From an uncultured Pseudomonadota bacterium (GTDB lineage: Bacteria; Pseudomonadota; Alphaproteobacteria; JACZXZ01), in the NCBI GenBank assembly GCA_963749075.1, contig CAVVLJ010000004.1, positions 416,001-480,000 of the forward strand: 64,000 nucleotides of DNA, written 5' to 3'. Shown here one piece after another: positions 31,199-45,563 of this stretch. The notes under the pieces are model-generated. The model was not told the origin of the DNA and searched no databases. It worked only from the letters and a program-made list of their open reading frames with translations. The position numbers and the translations under genes are program-made. Numbering within the stretch: position 1 is the stretch's first letter; each line of letters begins with the position of its first letter.

Positions 31199-32097
31199 GC
31201 CCGCTGGAGAAAGGCGCCGAGGAGCGCCATGAACTCCTCGAACCGGTCGTGGTGGACCCAGTGGCCGGCGCCTTCGACCGCGACCGCCCGCGCGTTGCGG
31301 AAGCGCTGCAGCTTGCCGTCCTCGAGCGGGCTCGGCTGCCGGCTCAGCTTGCCGTGGACGAGGAGCGTCGGGCAGGCGATGGCGGCCCAGAGCTGCTCGA
31401 CCTCGGCGTCGGCCATGTCGTAGGGCGGCCAGACGCGCACGTAATTGTCGAACTTCCAGCTGAAGCTGCCGTCCTCGTTCTGCTTGACGCCGCGAAGGGT
31501 GAGGTGCCAGGCCTGCTCGGCCGAGAGGCGCGGGAACTGCTCCCGCATGCGCGCGGCGGCCTCGTCGACGGAACCGTAGCGGCGCGGCGTGCGCGAGGCG
31601 AGCGCCCGCTTGGCCTCGATCCAGCTCCGCATGCGTTCCGCCATCATCTTGTTCCGATCGTGTCCGCCGGCCATGGGCGGCGGGCCCAGCCCCAGCCCCT
31701 CGATGACGACGAGCTTCTGCACCGCGTCTGGATGGATGCCAGCGTAGCGCAGCGAGATGCGGCCGCCGAGCGAGTGGGCGACGATGGTGACGGGAGCGAG
31801 GCGCTGCTGTGCCACGAGCTCGGCGAGATCGAAGACGTAGCCCGCCATGGTGTAGGTGCCGTCGCTCACCCACTGGCTGTCGCCGTGCCCGCGCAGGTCT
31901 GGTGCGATGACATGCCAAGCGTGGCGCAGCCGCTCGGCCACCCAGTCCCAGCTCGAGCAGTGATCGCGCCCGCCATGAACGAGGAGAAGCGGCGGCGCTT
32001 CGGGATTGCCCCAGTCCACGTAATGCAGGCGATGGCGCTGCGAGGTGAGGAACCGCGAGGTCGGTCCGGCGTCTTGCGCCCTGCCGCTCGCGCTCAT
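31195..32097 (-). CDS. Alpha/beta hydrolase
   Basis: VHGGRD, DLRGHGDS, AHSLGG, AGHWVH. Confidence 0.9.
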   Translation of the reverse strand: MSASGRAQDAGPTSRFLTSQRHRLHYVDWGNPEAPPLLLVHGGRDHCSSWDWVAERLRHAWHVIAPDLRGHGDSQWVSDGTYTMAGYVFDLAELVAQQRLAPVTIVAHSLGGRISLRYAGIHPDAVQKLVVIEGLGLGPPPMAGGHDRNKMMAERMRSWIEAKRALASRTPRRYGSVDEAAARMREQFPRLSAEQAWHLTLRGVKQNEDGSFSWKFDNYVRVWPPYDMADAEVEQLWAAIACPTLLVHGKLSRQPSPLEDGKLQRFRNARAVAVEGAGHWVHHDRFEEFMALLGAFLQRA

Positions 32098-32939
32098 TCG
32101 GCCGCCACGTCGTTGCGCAGGAGTCCGATGCCGGAGATTTCCACCTCGATGACGTCGCCTGGCTTCATCCAGAGCGGCGGCTTGCGCGCGAAGCCGACGC
32201 CCTCCGGCGTGCCGGTCGCGATGATGTCGCCGGGTGCCAGCGGCAGCACGCCGGAGAGATAATTGACGAGGAAGGGGATGTCGAAGATGAGATCGTCGGT
32301 CCTGGCGTGCTGCACCTCCCGGCCGTTGAGCCGCGTGCGGAGCTCGAGCCGCGTCGGATCGCCGATCTCGTCGCTCGTCGTCATCCAGGGACCGATGCTG
32401 CCCGTGCGGAAGAAATTCTTGCCCACGATGAGCGAGTGGCCGAATTGGAAGTCGCGGATGCTGCCGTCATTGAGACAGGTGTAGCCGGCGATGTGCCGGA
32501 GTGCTGCCTCCCTGGCGATGTGCCGCCCGCCCTTGCCGATAACCAGTGCCAGCTCGCCCTCGAAATCGAAATCGTTCGAGAGGCGCGGCCGGAGGAGCGT
32601 GCCGCCAGGAGGTGCGAAGCTCTCGAGCGCGCGGATGAAGACGCTCGGCTGCCGGGGCAGCTTGGCATTGGCCTCGGCGACGTGCCCCTTGTAGTTGCGG
32701 CCGACGCAGATGACCTTGGGCGGCGAGGGGATGGGAATCTCGAGCTCGACCTCGGCGAGCCCCACGTCCGGTGCGGCACCGCGGGCGGCGTGCGCGGCCT
32801 CGTCCAGCGCATCGGCCGCCAGGAGCTCGGCGAGCGTCGCGAAACGGCCGCCGATGCGGCGTCCGAGATCGACGATGCCTTGGCCCGCCACGACGCCGTA
32901 GCTTCGCCGGCCCGCCCTGCGGAAGCTTGCGAGTTTCAT
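32094..32939 (-). CDS. Fumarylacetoacetate hydrolase family protein
   Basis: CVGRNY, DFEGEL, NDGSIRD, GKNF, TGTPEGVG. Confidence 0.92.
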   Translation of the reverse strand: MKLASFRRAGRRSYGVVAGQGIVDLGRRIGGRFATLAELLAADALDEAAHAARGAAPDVGLAEVELEIPIPSPPKVICVGRNYKGHVAEANAKLPRQPSVFIRALESFAPPGGTLLRPRLSNDFDFEGELALVIGKGGRHIAREAALRHIAGYTCLNDGSIRDFQFGHSLIVGKNFFRTGSIGPWMTTSDEIGDPTRLELRTRLNGREVQHARTDDLIFDIPFLVNYLSGVLPLAPGDIIATGTPEGVGFARKPPLWMKPGDVIEVEISGIGLLRNDVAAE

Positions 32940-33023
32940 GGCTTATTCTCCGTCCGCCGTCCATTTCGCTGGAACCTAGCAGCCGCCACGGCGCCGGCAT
33001 AACCGATATTTGCCGCCGGCCCC

Positions 33024-33773
33024 TCAGCCCGACCAGCCGAGATGGCTCAAGAACTCGCGCGTGCGGCCCACGTGCGGGGCGTCGAAGATCTGCGCCGGCG
33101 GCCCCTCCTCGATGATGGCGCCGCGGTCGAACACCACCACCCAGTCGGCGACGCGGCGCGCGAAGGTCATCTCGTGGGTGACCACGATCATCGTCATGCC
33201 CTCCTCGGCGAGGCGCTTCATCACGTTCAGCACCTCGCCGATGGTCTCCGGATCGAGTGCCGAGGTCGGCTCGTCGAACAGCATGACCGCGGGCTCCATG
33301 GCGAGCGCCCGGGCGATGGCCACGCGCTGCTGCTGCCCGCCCGAGAGGTTCGCCGGGTAGCTCGCCGCCTTGTCGGCAAGCCCGACCTTGTCGAGGAGCG
33401 CCTCGGCACGCCGCTCGGCCTCCCGGCGCGCCATGCGCAGCACCACGAGAGGGCCGATCGCCACGTTGGCGAGCACGGTGCGGTGGGGGAAGAGCTCGAA
33501 GTTCTGGAACACCATGCCCATGCGCTGGCGCATCCGGCGCATGCCTTGCGCGTCGCGCGGCAGAAGCTCGCCGTCGAGGTGGATCTCGCCGCCGTCGATC
33601 GCCTCGAGCCCGTTCGTGCAGCGCAGCAGCGTCGATTTGCCGGAGCCGGAGGGACCGATGACGCAGACGACCTGGCCCTTCCGCACCTGCATCGACACGT
33701 CGTCGAGGGCGACGAAGGCGCCGAATTGCTTGCGCACGTTGCGATAGACGAGCACCGGCGCGCGGCCGCTCAC
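33024..33773 (-). CDS. Polar amino-acid ABC transporter ATPase
   Basis: [35 protein letters not shown]. Confidence 0.93.
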   Translation of the reverse strand: MSGRAPVLVYRNVRKQFGAFVALDDVSMQVRKGQVVCVIGPSGSGKSTLLRCTNGLEAIDGGEIHLDGELLPRDAQGMRRMRQRMGMVFQNFELFPHRTVLANVAIGPLVVLRMARREAERRAEALLDKVGLADKAASYPANLSGGQQQRVAIARALAMEPAVMLFDEPTSALDPETIGEVLNVMKRLAEEGMTMIVVTHEMTFARRVADWVVVFDRGAIIEEGPPAQIFDAPHVGRTREFLSHLGWSG

Positions 33774-34429
33774 TCGCTCACCCCCAACCTGCGGTGCAGC
33801 CAGTCGACCAGCTTCGCCTGCGGATAGCCGAGCGCCCAGTAGATCGCCGCCATCGCGGTCAGCATCTCGAGCACGCGGAAGGTCTGCGAGCGGATGCGCA
33901 TGGCGGTATAGGCGAGCTCGCCCACCGCGATGACGGAGACGAGGGAGGTGTCCTTGAAGAGCGAGACCCAGGTGCTGGCGAGCACCGGCAGCACGCGCCG
34001 CGTCGCCTGCGGCAGCACCACCTCGCGCATGGTCTGCCAGCCGCTCATGCCGAGCGCCAGCGCCGCCTCGCTCTGGCCCTTGCGGATCGAGCCGATGCCG
34101 GCGCGGAAGGTCTCGCCGTTGTAGGCGGAGACGTTCATAGAGAGTGCTGCCAGCGCCGTGGCGAAGGGCGGCAGCGAGAGGTCGAGGGCGATCGGCAGCA
34201 CGTAGTAGGCCGCGTAGATCACCAGGATGATCGGCTGGTTGCGCATGAACTCGGTGAAGCCGGCGCTCAGGGCGGAGAGCAGGCGCGAGCCCGAGAGTCG
34301 CATGAGGGCGAGGAGAATGCCGCCGGGCACCGCGATCGCCATCGTCGTCACCGTGAGCAGCACGGTGAGCTCCGTGCCCTCGGCGAGTGCGCCGGCGTTC
34401 TGCCACACCACGGACCAGTCGAGCTTCAT
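33770..34429 (-). CDS. Polar amino-acid ABC transporter permease
   Basis: [25 protein letters not shown] loop; FKDTSLVS. Confidence 0.92.
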   Translation of the reverse strand: MKLDWSVVWQNAGALAEGTELTVLLTVTTMAIAVPGGILLALMRLSGSRLLSALSAGFTEFMRNQPIILVIYAAYYVLPIALDLSLPPFATALAALSMNVSAYNGETFRAGIGSIRKGQSEAALALGMSGWQTMREVVLPQATRRVLPVLASTWVSLFKDTSLVSVIAVGELAYTAMRIRSQTFRVLEMLTAMAAIYWALGYPQAKLVDWLHRRLGVSE

Positions 34430-35091
34430 GACCGGCCGAGATGGGCGAGGCGCTTGTAGACCATATCGACCGTCCGGGTGACCGGGAAGAGGATGACGAA
34501 ATAGGCCGCCATCGCCACCAGGAAGACCTCGATCGGGCGGAAGCTCTGGGCGGCGAGCGTGTGCGAGCGGTTCATGTATTCCGGCACGGCAATGACGCTG
34601 GCGATCGCCGTGTCCTTGATGGTGATCGAGAGGATCGAGCCGAAGGCCGGCAGCATGCGCACCACCGCCTGCGGCAGGACGATTTGGCGGATCACTTGCG
34701 CGCGCGACATGCCGAGCGCGAGTGCCGCCCGGGTCTGTCCCGGCCGCACCGAGTCGATACCGGCGCGCACGATTTCGGCCACGTAGGCCGCGACATGGAG
34801 GGAGAGCGAGACGAGCGCCGCCCAGAACGGCGGCAGCACCAGCCCGGTCACGATCGGCAGCGCGAAGTAGCACCACACCAGCACGACGAGCACCGGCACC
34901 GCGCGCATCGAATCGATGTAGAACACCAGCGGCCCGCGCAACCAGGCGGGGCCGTAGCAACGGGCGAGCCCCACCGCACCGCCCAGCACCAGGCTGCACG
35001 CCATGGTCATGGCCGACAAGGCAAGCGTCACCCCGAGGCCGGCAGCGAGGTAGCGCCAGCTCTGGAGGACCGCCGAGAAGTCGAGGTCCAT
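34426..35091 (-). CDS. Polar amino-acid ABC transporter permease
   Basis: [23 protein letters not shown]. Confidence 0.92.
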   Translation of the reverse strand: MDLDFSAVLQSWRYLAAGLGVTLALSAMTMACSLVLGGAVGLARCYGPAWLRGPLVFYIDSMRAVPVLVVLVWCYFALPIVTGLVLPPFWAALVSLSLHVAAYVAEIVRAGIDSVRPGQTRAALALGMSRAQVIRQIVLPQAVVRMLPAFGSILSITIKDTAIASVIAVPEYMNRSHTLAAQSFRPIEVFLVAMAAYFVILFPVTRTVDMVYKRLAHLGRS

Positions 35092-35345
35092 CTGCGGGCG
35101 GCCCGCTCGCTATCGCATCGTCTCGGCGATCGGCGCCACCGGCAGCGCCGCCGCCGCCGGAATTTCCTCGGGCGATTTCATCGCGGCGTTCCTCCCCTCG
35201 TTCGCGCCTAACGATAACCACAAATTATCGCAAGCGCGGATCATTTTCGCTCTCTCCTTTGCGCCTTGTCCTGATAGAGCGTGATTCGCCTCGCCGGGTT
35301 GTGCTCTAAATCGATTTTTGCCAATCGCCGTGATAGGCTTCGCCT

Positions 35346-36245
35346 ATGAACCTGACCCTCTCCCAGCTCCTGACTTTCGAGCGCATCGTCCGCCTCGGAA
35401 GCTTCCACGCGGCGGCCAAGCACCTCGGGCTCACGCAGCCGAGCGCATCGCAGCGCATCAAGGAGCTGGAGAACGCGCTGGGGACCGAGCTTTTCGTGCG
35501 CCGCGGACCGCGCCTCAGCCTCACGGCGGAGGGCCACGCGCTGATCGACTATGCTGACCGCATGCTCGACACCGCCGACGAGATCGTCAGCCGCTTCCGC
35601 AGCCGCGACCCGCTCAAGGGCATGCTGCGCCTCGGGCTCAACGAGAGCTTTGCGCTCGTCTGTCTCACGGATCTCCTGAAGCGCCTGAAAGAGCGCCACC
35701 CCGAGCTCAAGACCTCCGTCCACGTCGGCGACACCAGGACGGTGAGCGGGCTCCTGAACGAGCGCAAGCTCGACGTGGCGGTGGTGTCAGAGCCCGAAGT
35801 CGAGGCGCACGTCCACCAGCGGCCGATCGGCACGAACGAGCTCGGCTGGGTCGCCAGCACCAAGCTCGACATCTCGCAAGCGGTGCTGTCGCCGGCCGAG
35901 CTCAGCCGCCACCATCTCATCACCAGCGCGCCGCCCGCGCGGCTGATCGAGACTGCCACCAACTGGTTCGCCCAGGCGGGCGCCGCGCCCACGCGGCTCA
36001 GCACCTGCAACAGCCTCTCCATCATGATGCTGACCATCCTCGACGGCCTGGCCATCGGGCTCGTCCCGGTGCGCGTCATGCGCGACGAGATCAAGGCGGG
36101 ACGGGCCAAGCGCATTGCCGTGCTGCCGGCCATCGCAGGGCACCGCGTCTCGCTCTGCTATCAGGCGAGCGAGTTCGGGCCCAGCCTGCAGTCGATCCTC
36201 GATCTGATGCGCGAGCTCATCGCGCACCACAAGCTCTTCATATGA
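35346..36245 (+). CDS. LysR family regulator
   Basis: GSFHAAAKHLGLTQPSASQRIKELE. Confidence 0.93.
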   Translation: MNLTLSQLLTFERIVRLGSFHAAAKHLGLTQPSASQRIKELENALGTELFVRRGPRLSLTAEGHALIDYADRMLDTADEIVSRFRSRDPLKGMLRLGLNESFALVCLTDLLKRLKERHPELKTSVHVGDTRTVSGLLNERKLDVAVVSEPEVEAHVHQRPIGTNELGWVASTKLDISQAVLSPAELSRHHLITSAPPARLIETATNWFAQAGAAPTRLSTCNSLSIMMLTILDGLAIGLVPVRVMRDEIKAGRAKRIAVLPAIAGHRVSLCYQASEFGPSLQSILDLMRELIAHHKLFI

Positions 36246-36300
36246 GCATGACAGGCCGGCGTCCGGGTGCGCATGGGGGTCAGCGGACGGGGAGAGCGCC

Positions 36301-37131
36301 ATGAGCGAGGAGATCAGCGTAACCGCGCACTACGGCACCGGCGACTTGCGCGCGCGGGTCGAGGAGGCGCTGAGCCGCGCAGGCTTGGGCTCCGGCACCG
36401 TCGCCTGGTCGGAGCTGGCGCTCCTCGACCAGTTCCACGTGCGCGGCCTCGCCGCGACGAAGGAGCTTGGAGAGAGCCTGAAAGTGCGCAAGGAGCACGC
36501 CGTCCTCGATGTCGGCTGCGGCCTCGGCGGACCCTCCCGCTATCTCGCGGCGACTTTCGGCTGCCGGGTCGAGGGCATCGATCTCAGCCAGGCTTACGTC
36601 GACGTGGCGCGCATGCTCGCGGAGCGGAGCGGCCTCGCGGCGCAGGTTTCGTACCGGCAGGCGGACGCGCTCGAGCTTCCCTTCGCCGAGGCGGAGTTCG
36701 ACATCGTATGGACGCAGCACGCGGCAATGAACATCGCCGACCGCGCGCGGCTCTATGGCGAAATGCATCGCGTGCTCAAGCCGGGCGGCCGGCTCGCCAT
36801 CTACGACGTCCTGGCGGGCGAGGGCGGTCCGCTCATCTTCCCGGTGCCGTGGGCGCGCGAGCCCGCGATCAGCTTCCTCCTCACCTCGCAGGCCATGCGC
36901 AGCCTCCTCGAGGAGGGCGGCTTCAAGGTTCTCTCCTGGCGGGACAAGACCCACGAGGGCATCGCCTGGTTCTCGCAGCAGCAGGCGGCAAGGCAGGCCG
37001 GGCGGGCGACGCCGCCGCTCGGCATCCAGGTGGTCATGGGTCCCGAGTTCCCGGCGATGATCGAGAATCTCGGCCGCAACCTGCGCGAGGGCCGCGCGCG
37101 GCTCCTCGAGGCCGTGCTGCAGAAGCGCTGA
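36301..37131 (+). CDS. Class I SAM-dependent methyltransferase
   Basis: LDQFHVRG, VLDVGCGLGG, RVLKPGG. Confidence 0.9.
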   Translation: MSEEISVTAHYGTGDLRARVEEALSRAGLGSGTVAWSELALLDQFHVRGLAATKELGESLKVRKEHAVLDVGCGLGGPSRYLAATFGCRVEGIDLSQAYVDVARMLAERSGLAAQVSYRQADALELPFAEAEFDIVWTQHAAMNIADRARLYGEMHRVLKPGGRLAIYDVLAGEGGPLIFPVPWAREPAISFLLTSQAMRSLLEEGGFKVLSWRDKTHEGIAWFSQQQAARQAGRATPPLGIQVVMGPEFPAMIENLGRNLREGRARLLEAVLQKR

Positions 37132-37153
37132 CGCCGACGCCCCACGCCGCCGC

Positions 37154-37246
37154 TCAGGCGATCGTCTCGATGGCGAGTGCGATGCCCTGGCCGCCGCCGA
37201 TGCAGAGCGTGACCAAGCCGCGCTTGAGGCCGTCGCGCAACAGCCG
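37154..37246 (-). pseudogene. Thiolase (acetyl-CoA acetyltransferase) C-terminal remnant
   Basis: Translates RDGLKRGLVTLCIGGGQGIALAIETIA*, the thiolase C-terminal signature, with no upstream part. Confidence 0.8.
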
Positions 37247-37255
37247 TCCTCAAGA

Positions 37256-37285
37256 TTGTCGGACCGGCCGGCAGCGACCTATAAT
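37256..37285 (+). promoter_or_regulatory. Sigma70-like promoter of the hypothetical gene
   Basis: TTGTCG-18 nt-TATAAT. Confidence 0.5.
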
Positions 37286-37315
37286 ACATGCCGTTTCCAG
37301 GGGGGGCTTCGGCGG

Positions 37316-37947
37316 ATGGCGGTATATCTCGACGAGGACATGATGGGGCGGGACGACGATCTCGTCGGATTTCCCCATCTCCTCCTTTGCATGGGCTTCG
37401 TCGCCCGCACCAACGCGGGCCCCTGGGGCGTGCACCTGACCAGCCCGGCAAATTCTCCCGGCACTTTCACGGCGTACTGCAATTGGGCCAAGGGGAAAGG
37501 ATTGACGGCCGGTGCCATCACCGACCTCTACGGCTGCTGCAACCATGTGGTGCGATACGGGACAAGCAGCCCTACGGCGGGACTGAAGGCGTGGCGCGAG
37601 GAGATGGCTGCCTTTGCCAATCAGCTCGGATGGTCCGGGCCCGCGCGCGGCTTCGATACCGGCATCATCGATCCGCGGGACGGTACTTACGTGGAATACC
37701 GGCAGCAGATCGGCGGCGCGCAGCCTTGCGCCATCTTCTACAAGCGCAATGAGAAGACCGTCGTCCCCGGCACGACGAGCGTAGCCAGCCAGGGCGGCAC
37801 GGCGGACGTCGTGGCATGGGATGCGGGCAACAAGCAATTCCGCGCCATGGCGTTCCCCAAGACGAACGTGGTGGGAAAAGTGTCCGCCCTCCACACGGGC
37901 GTGTTCCATGAGCTGGATTACGCACTGCGCCTGACGAAGATCGGCGT

Positions 37948-37951
<4 letters not shown>
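37316..37951 (+). CDS. Hypothetical protein (possible Cys-His catalytic dyad)
   Basis: 211-aa open frame with its own promoter; LLCMGFVA...WGVHL. Confidence 0.7.
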
Positions 37952-42351
<4,400 letters not shown>

Positions 42352-42362
42352 GGGAGGGGACC

Positions 42363-42737
42363 CTACGCTGCAGTTTCGGTCAGCAAGCGCCGCATCGCCT
42401 TCGGATCGCGCTCGATCGCCAGCAACAAGGCGCGCGCCGGGGCGTCCGGCGTGCTGCGGTGCTGCTCCCAATCGCGCAATGTGGAGACGGGCAAGTGAAA
42501 CGCTTGGGCGAACTCAGTTTGCGTCATGCCGAGCCGCTGGCGCAACAACTTCACGCGCGGCACGCGACGCATCCGCGCCAACTGCTCCTTCGTCAGCGGC
42601 TGGGCGTCCGGGTCCGACAACGCCGCCGCCATGGCCTCTGCCTCGGTCATGGCATCGAGCCGGGCCCAATCGGTATTCCCTCGTGGCAGAGGGTCACCGC
42701 TCTTTATCGTCACCCGCGTAGTACCGCTCTTGTTCAT
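42363..42737 (-). CDS. XRE/HTH antitoxin-like protein (orphan)
   Basis: [11 protein letters not shown]...DPDAQPL N-terminus; [27 protein letters not shown]. Confidence 0.85.
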   Translation of the reverse strand: MNKSGTTRVTIKSGDPLPRGNTDWARLDAMTEAEAMAAALSDPDAQPLTKEQLARMRRVPRVKLLRQRLGMTQTEFAQAFHLPVSTLRDWEQHRSTPDAPARALLLAIERDPKAMRRLLTETAA

Positions 42738-42787
42738 CTCGTGGGTTGCGCCTCAGTTCATCGATTTCCAGCCGCAAGCGGCGAACT

Positions 42788-42937
42788 CCCTCTCCTCCTT
42801 CAGGAGGAGAGGGTCGGGGTGAGGAGGCGGCTCTCTAGGGCGCAGCGCTGGCCGTAGAGGCGCTCAAGCGCTCGGCCTCCTCACCTTCCCATCGCTGCGC
42901 GATGGGCCCCTTCCTCTCCTCCTGAAGGAGCAGAGGA
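42788..42937. repeat. Palindromic intergenic repeat, family A copy 2
   Basis: Same arms as 5130-5280 with a variable central loop. Confidence 0.85.
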
Positions 42938-43120
42938 TCGACGCCCTCATGTCCGCTTGCGGAAATCCAATCCATCGGGATGCTACGGGATACCGGTAGT
43001 TCGATCAATCGATTTCCGCAGCCTCATTGCCGCCTCTCCAACTTGACGCCGAGTCCCCTTGCGCAAAGCGGGCGCAGCCTCGATAGTCGCGCGTGAGCTT
43101 GGCAGCGGGGAGGGGCGGGC

Positions 43121-43957
43121 ATGCGCGTGGGGGCATCTTATTTCCCGACCGACTACGGGATCGACATCGGCGAGCTTGCGGCGGCCCTCGAGGCGCGCGG
43201 CTTCGAATCGCTCTTCGTGCCCGAGCACACGCATATCCCCGTGAGCCGCCGCACGCCTTTCCCCGCCGGCGGCGAGGTGCCCAAGCGCTACCTGCACGGC
43301 CACGATCCCTTCATCGCACTCTCCTTCGCCGCGGCGGCGACGCGGCGGCTCCTCCTCGGCACCGGCGTCTGCCTCCTGCCGCAGCGCGATGCAATCGTCA
43401 CGGCGAAATGCATCGCCAGTCTCGACCGGCTCTCGGGCGGCCGCTTCATCTTCGGCATCGGCGGCGGCTGGAACGTCGACGAGATGGAGAATCACGGCGC
43501 CCGCTACGAGACCCGCTTCAAGCTCATGCGCGAGCGCGTGCTCGCGATCAAGGCGCTGTGGACCCAGGAGAAGGCGCAGTTCCACGGCGAGATGGTCAAT
43601 TTCGATCCGGTCTGGCTCTATCCCAAGCCGGAGCAGCTGCCGTATCCGCCCATCCTGCTGGGCGGCGAGAGCGATCATACGCTGAAGCGCGTCGTCGAGT
43701 ATTGCGACGGCTGGTTCCCGCGCGCCAATCTGCGCTTCGAGGCGCGCTCGGGGAGGGAGCGCCTCGCCCGCATGGCCGAGGCGGCGGGGCGCGATCCGGC
43801 CACGCTCTCGATCTCGGTCTTCCGGGCGCCGGCCGACAAGGCGGTGCTCGACGGCTATCGCGAGGTCGGCATCGAGCGGGCGCTCCTCGACATCCCCGAC
43901 CTCGGGCGCGACGAAATCCTGGCGTTCTTGGATGAGAGGGCGCCTTTGGCCGCGTGA
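43121..43957 (+). CDS. LLM class flavin/F420-dependent oxidoreductase
   Basis: FVPEHTHIP, DRLSGGRFIFGIGGGWN, PPILLGG. Confidence 0.9.
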   Translation: MRVGASYFPTDYGIDIGELAAALEARGFESLFVPEHTHIPVSRRTPFPAGGEVPKRYLHGHDPFIALSFAAAATRRLLLGTGVCLLPQRDAIVTAKCIASLDRLSGGRFIFGIGGGWNVDEMENHGARYETRFKLMRERVLAIKALWTQEKAQFHGEMVNFDPVWLYPKPEQLPYPPILLGGESDHTLKRVVEYCDGWFPRANLRFEARSGRERLARMAEAAGRDPATLSISVFRAPADKAVLDGYREVGIERALLDIPDLGRDEILAFLDERAPLAA

Positions 43958-43970
43958 GGCGCTTGCCGCG

Positions 43971-44948
43971 ATGCTGCGCACGCTCGCCCGCCTGCTGAGC
44001 ATCGTGCCGGCCGTGGCATTGGCGGCCGCGGGGGCTGAGGCGGCCGAGCGGGTCGCCGCGGCGGTCGTCTTCGCCGTCGACGTCTCGGGCAGCGTCAATG
44101 CCGAGCGCTACGAGCTGCAGCGCGCCGGCATCGCCGGCGTCTTCGCCGATGCGGCGATCGCTGAGATCGTCGGCGACGGGCTCGCGGTCACGCTCATGGA
44201 GTGGTCGGACGGCCACGCGGTCTCGGTGCCCTGGACGATCCTCAGGAGTGCCGCGGACGCCGAGGCGCTGGCGCGCACCATCGCCCGGGTGCCGCGCGCC
44301 CCCGGCTACTCGACCGAGCTCTCGCTGGCCCTTCTCGCGGCGGCCGACCTCCTCGCCGCCTGTCCCTGCGAGGCGGCGAGCCGCATCATCGACGTCTCGG
44401 GCGACGGCTCGAACAACGGGCCCATCTCGACCCCGATCGCCCGCGACGAGGTGGTGGCGCGCGGCATCCGCATCAACGGGCTGCCCATCGTGACGCCGGC
44501 CGAGCCGGACCTCGCGCAATGGTACCGCGACAACGTGGTCGGCGGGGACGGCGGCTTCATGGAGGTGGCGAACGGCTACGAGGATTTCGCCCGCGCCATG
44601 CGGCGGAAGTTCCTCCTCGAGGTAGCAGCCCTGGGGAGCCGGCCGCGGCGGAGGGGACGGCCGAGAGTGCTGCGGCGAAGGAAATCGGTCGCCCGGAAGC
44701 GCCACGGGATTCGCGCAGATCCGAAGAGCAAGGGAGCCTCGGACCGGGTCCGGTGGGTCCTTCGAGGCGCTCGCTGCGCTCGCTCCCCCGGGCACTTCGT
44801 CCGGGGTGTTAAGTCCTTCCGCCACACACGGAATTGCCTTGTCCTGAGGAGCAACCCGAAAGGGTTGCGTCGCGAAGGACCCACGGCGGCGCTGCAATCC
44901 TCCTCGGTCCCTCGGGTAGTGGGTCATTTTGATTGGAATGCCGCTTGA
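43971..44948 (+). CDS. DUF1194 (VWA-like) exported protein; frame runs on through a repeat into the IS end
   Basis: AVDVSGSV, IDVSGDGSNN, INGLPI, RRKFLLEVA; domain ends near 44630. Confidence 0.8.
   Translation: MLRTLARLLSIVPAVALAAAGAEAAERVAAAVVFAVDVSGSVNAERYELQRAGIAGVFADAAIAEIVGDGLAVTLMEWSDGHAVSVPWTILRSAADAEALARTIARVPRAPGYSTELSLALLAAADLLAACPCEAASRIIDVSGDGSNNGPISTPIARDEVVARGIRINGLPIVTPAEPDLAQWYRDNVVGGDGGFMEVANGYEDFARAMRRKFLLEVAALGSRPRRRGRPRVLRRRKSVARKRHGIRADPKSKGASDRVRWVLRGARCARSPGHFVRGVKSFRHTRNCLVLRSNPKGLRREGPTAALQSSSVPRVVGHFDWNAA
44753..44884. repeat. REP/RIME-like inverted repeat, family D
   Basis: GTGGGTCCTTCGAGGCGC... / ...CCTGAGGAGCAACCCGAAGGGTTGCGTCGCGAAGGACCCAC. Confidence 0.75.
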
Positions 44949-45472
44949 CCGCACTTTAGGCCACCGTTGGCCAAAACACACAGGTAGGTCTGGCCAGTTT
45001 GGGTGTTAATTACCCATGCAGCAGTAACGGGCGAACTCGGAATATTGCTCAATTGCCAGGCGCCTACTGGGGCTGTCGTTGATTCCGAAGTTGCGGCGAG
45101 CGTTTCTATTTTCGGCAGTGCCGCCTCAGCGCCCCGGTTGCCGACGAGCCACGAGACGGCGGGCTTGGTATCAGCATCGATCGCCGTCCAGGTCCATAGA
45201 TCGCCAACGCCTGCATCGCCCTTCATGTGCTCGGGCACGTTCTTTTGCTTCGCGTAGCAGAACGCCCAAATTTCATCGACCTGCACCCGCTTGCAGGTGA
45301 GGTTGCGAAGCGCCTTGTCCTGGTACTCTGCACAAGCTTGGCCGGCGTCCACGAGGAGCTTGGCAACCGTGTTCTTGCTCGCCCCCGTAAGCCGAGTGGT
45401 GGCACGGATGCTCATTCCCTCGACCATCATGCCGAGGATTTGACCGCGGCGAGCAATGGGAAGTTTGTTCAT
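44924..45472 (-). pseudogene. Truncated IS1-family transposase fused to an unrelated 3' gene fragment
   Basis: EGMSIRATTRLTGASKNTV HTH, VQVDEIWAF and WTWTAIDADTK; similarity ends near 45120 before the remaining DDE residues. Confidence 0.85.
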
Positions 45473-45563
45473 ATGATTGCCAATGTCGTGAGTTATCGTT
45501 GACAACACTGCAGCGTAGGGTTTACAATGTATCAAGTTAAGTTTCTAATAGGAGAACTTAAAG

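Noticed and set aside
42994-43012. GGTAGTTCGATCAATCGA as another IS end
   Set aside because: Only the first six bases match the IR, with no partner end or target duplication.
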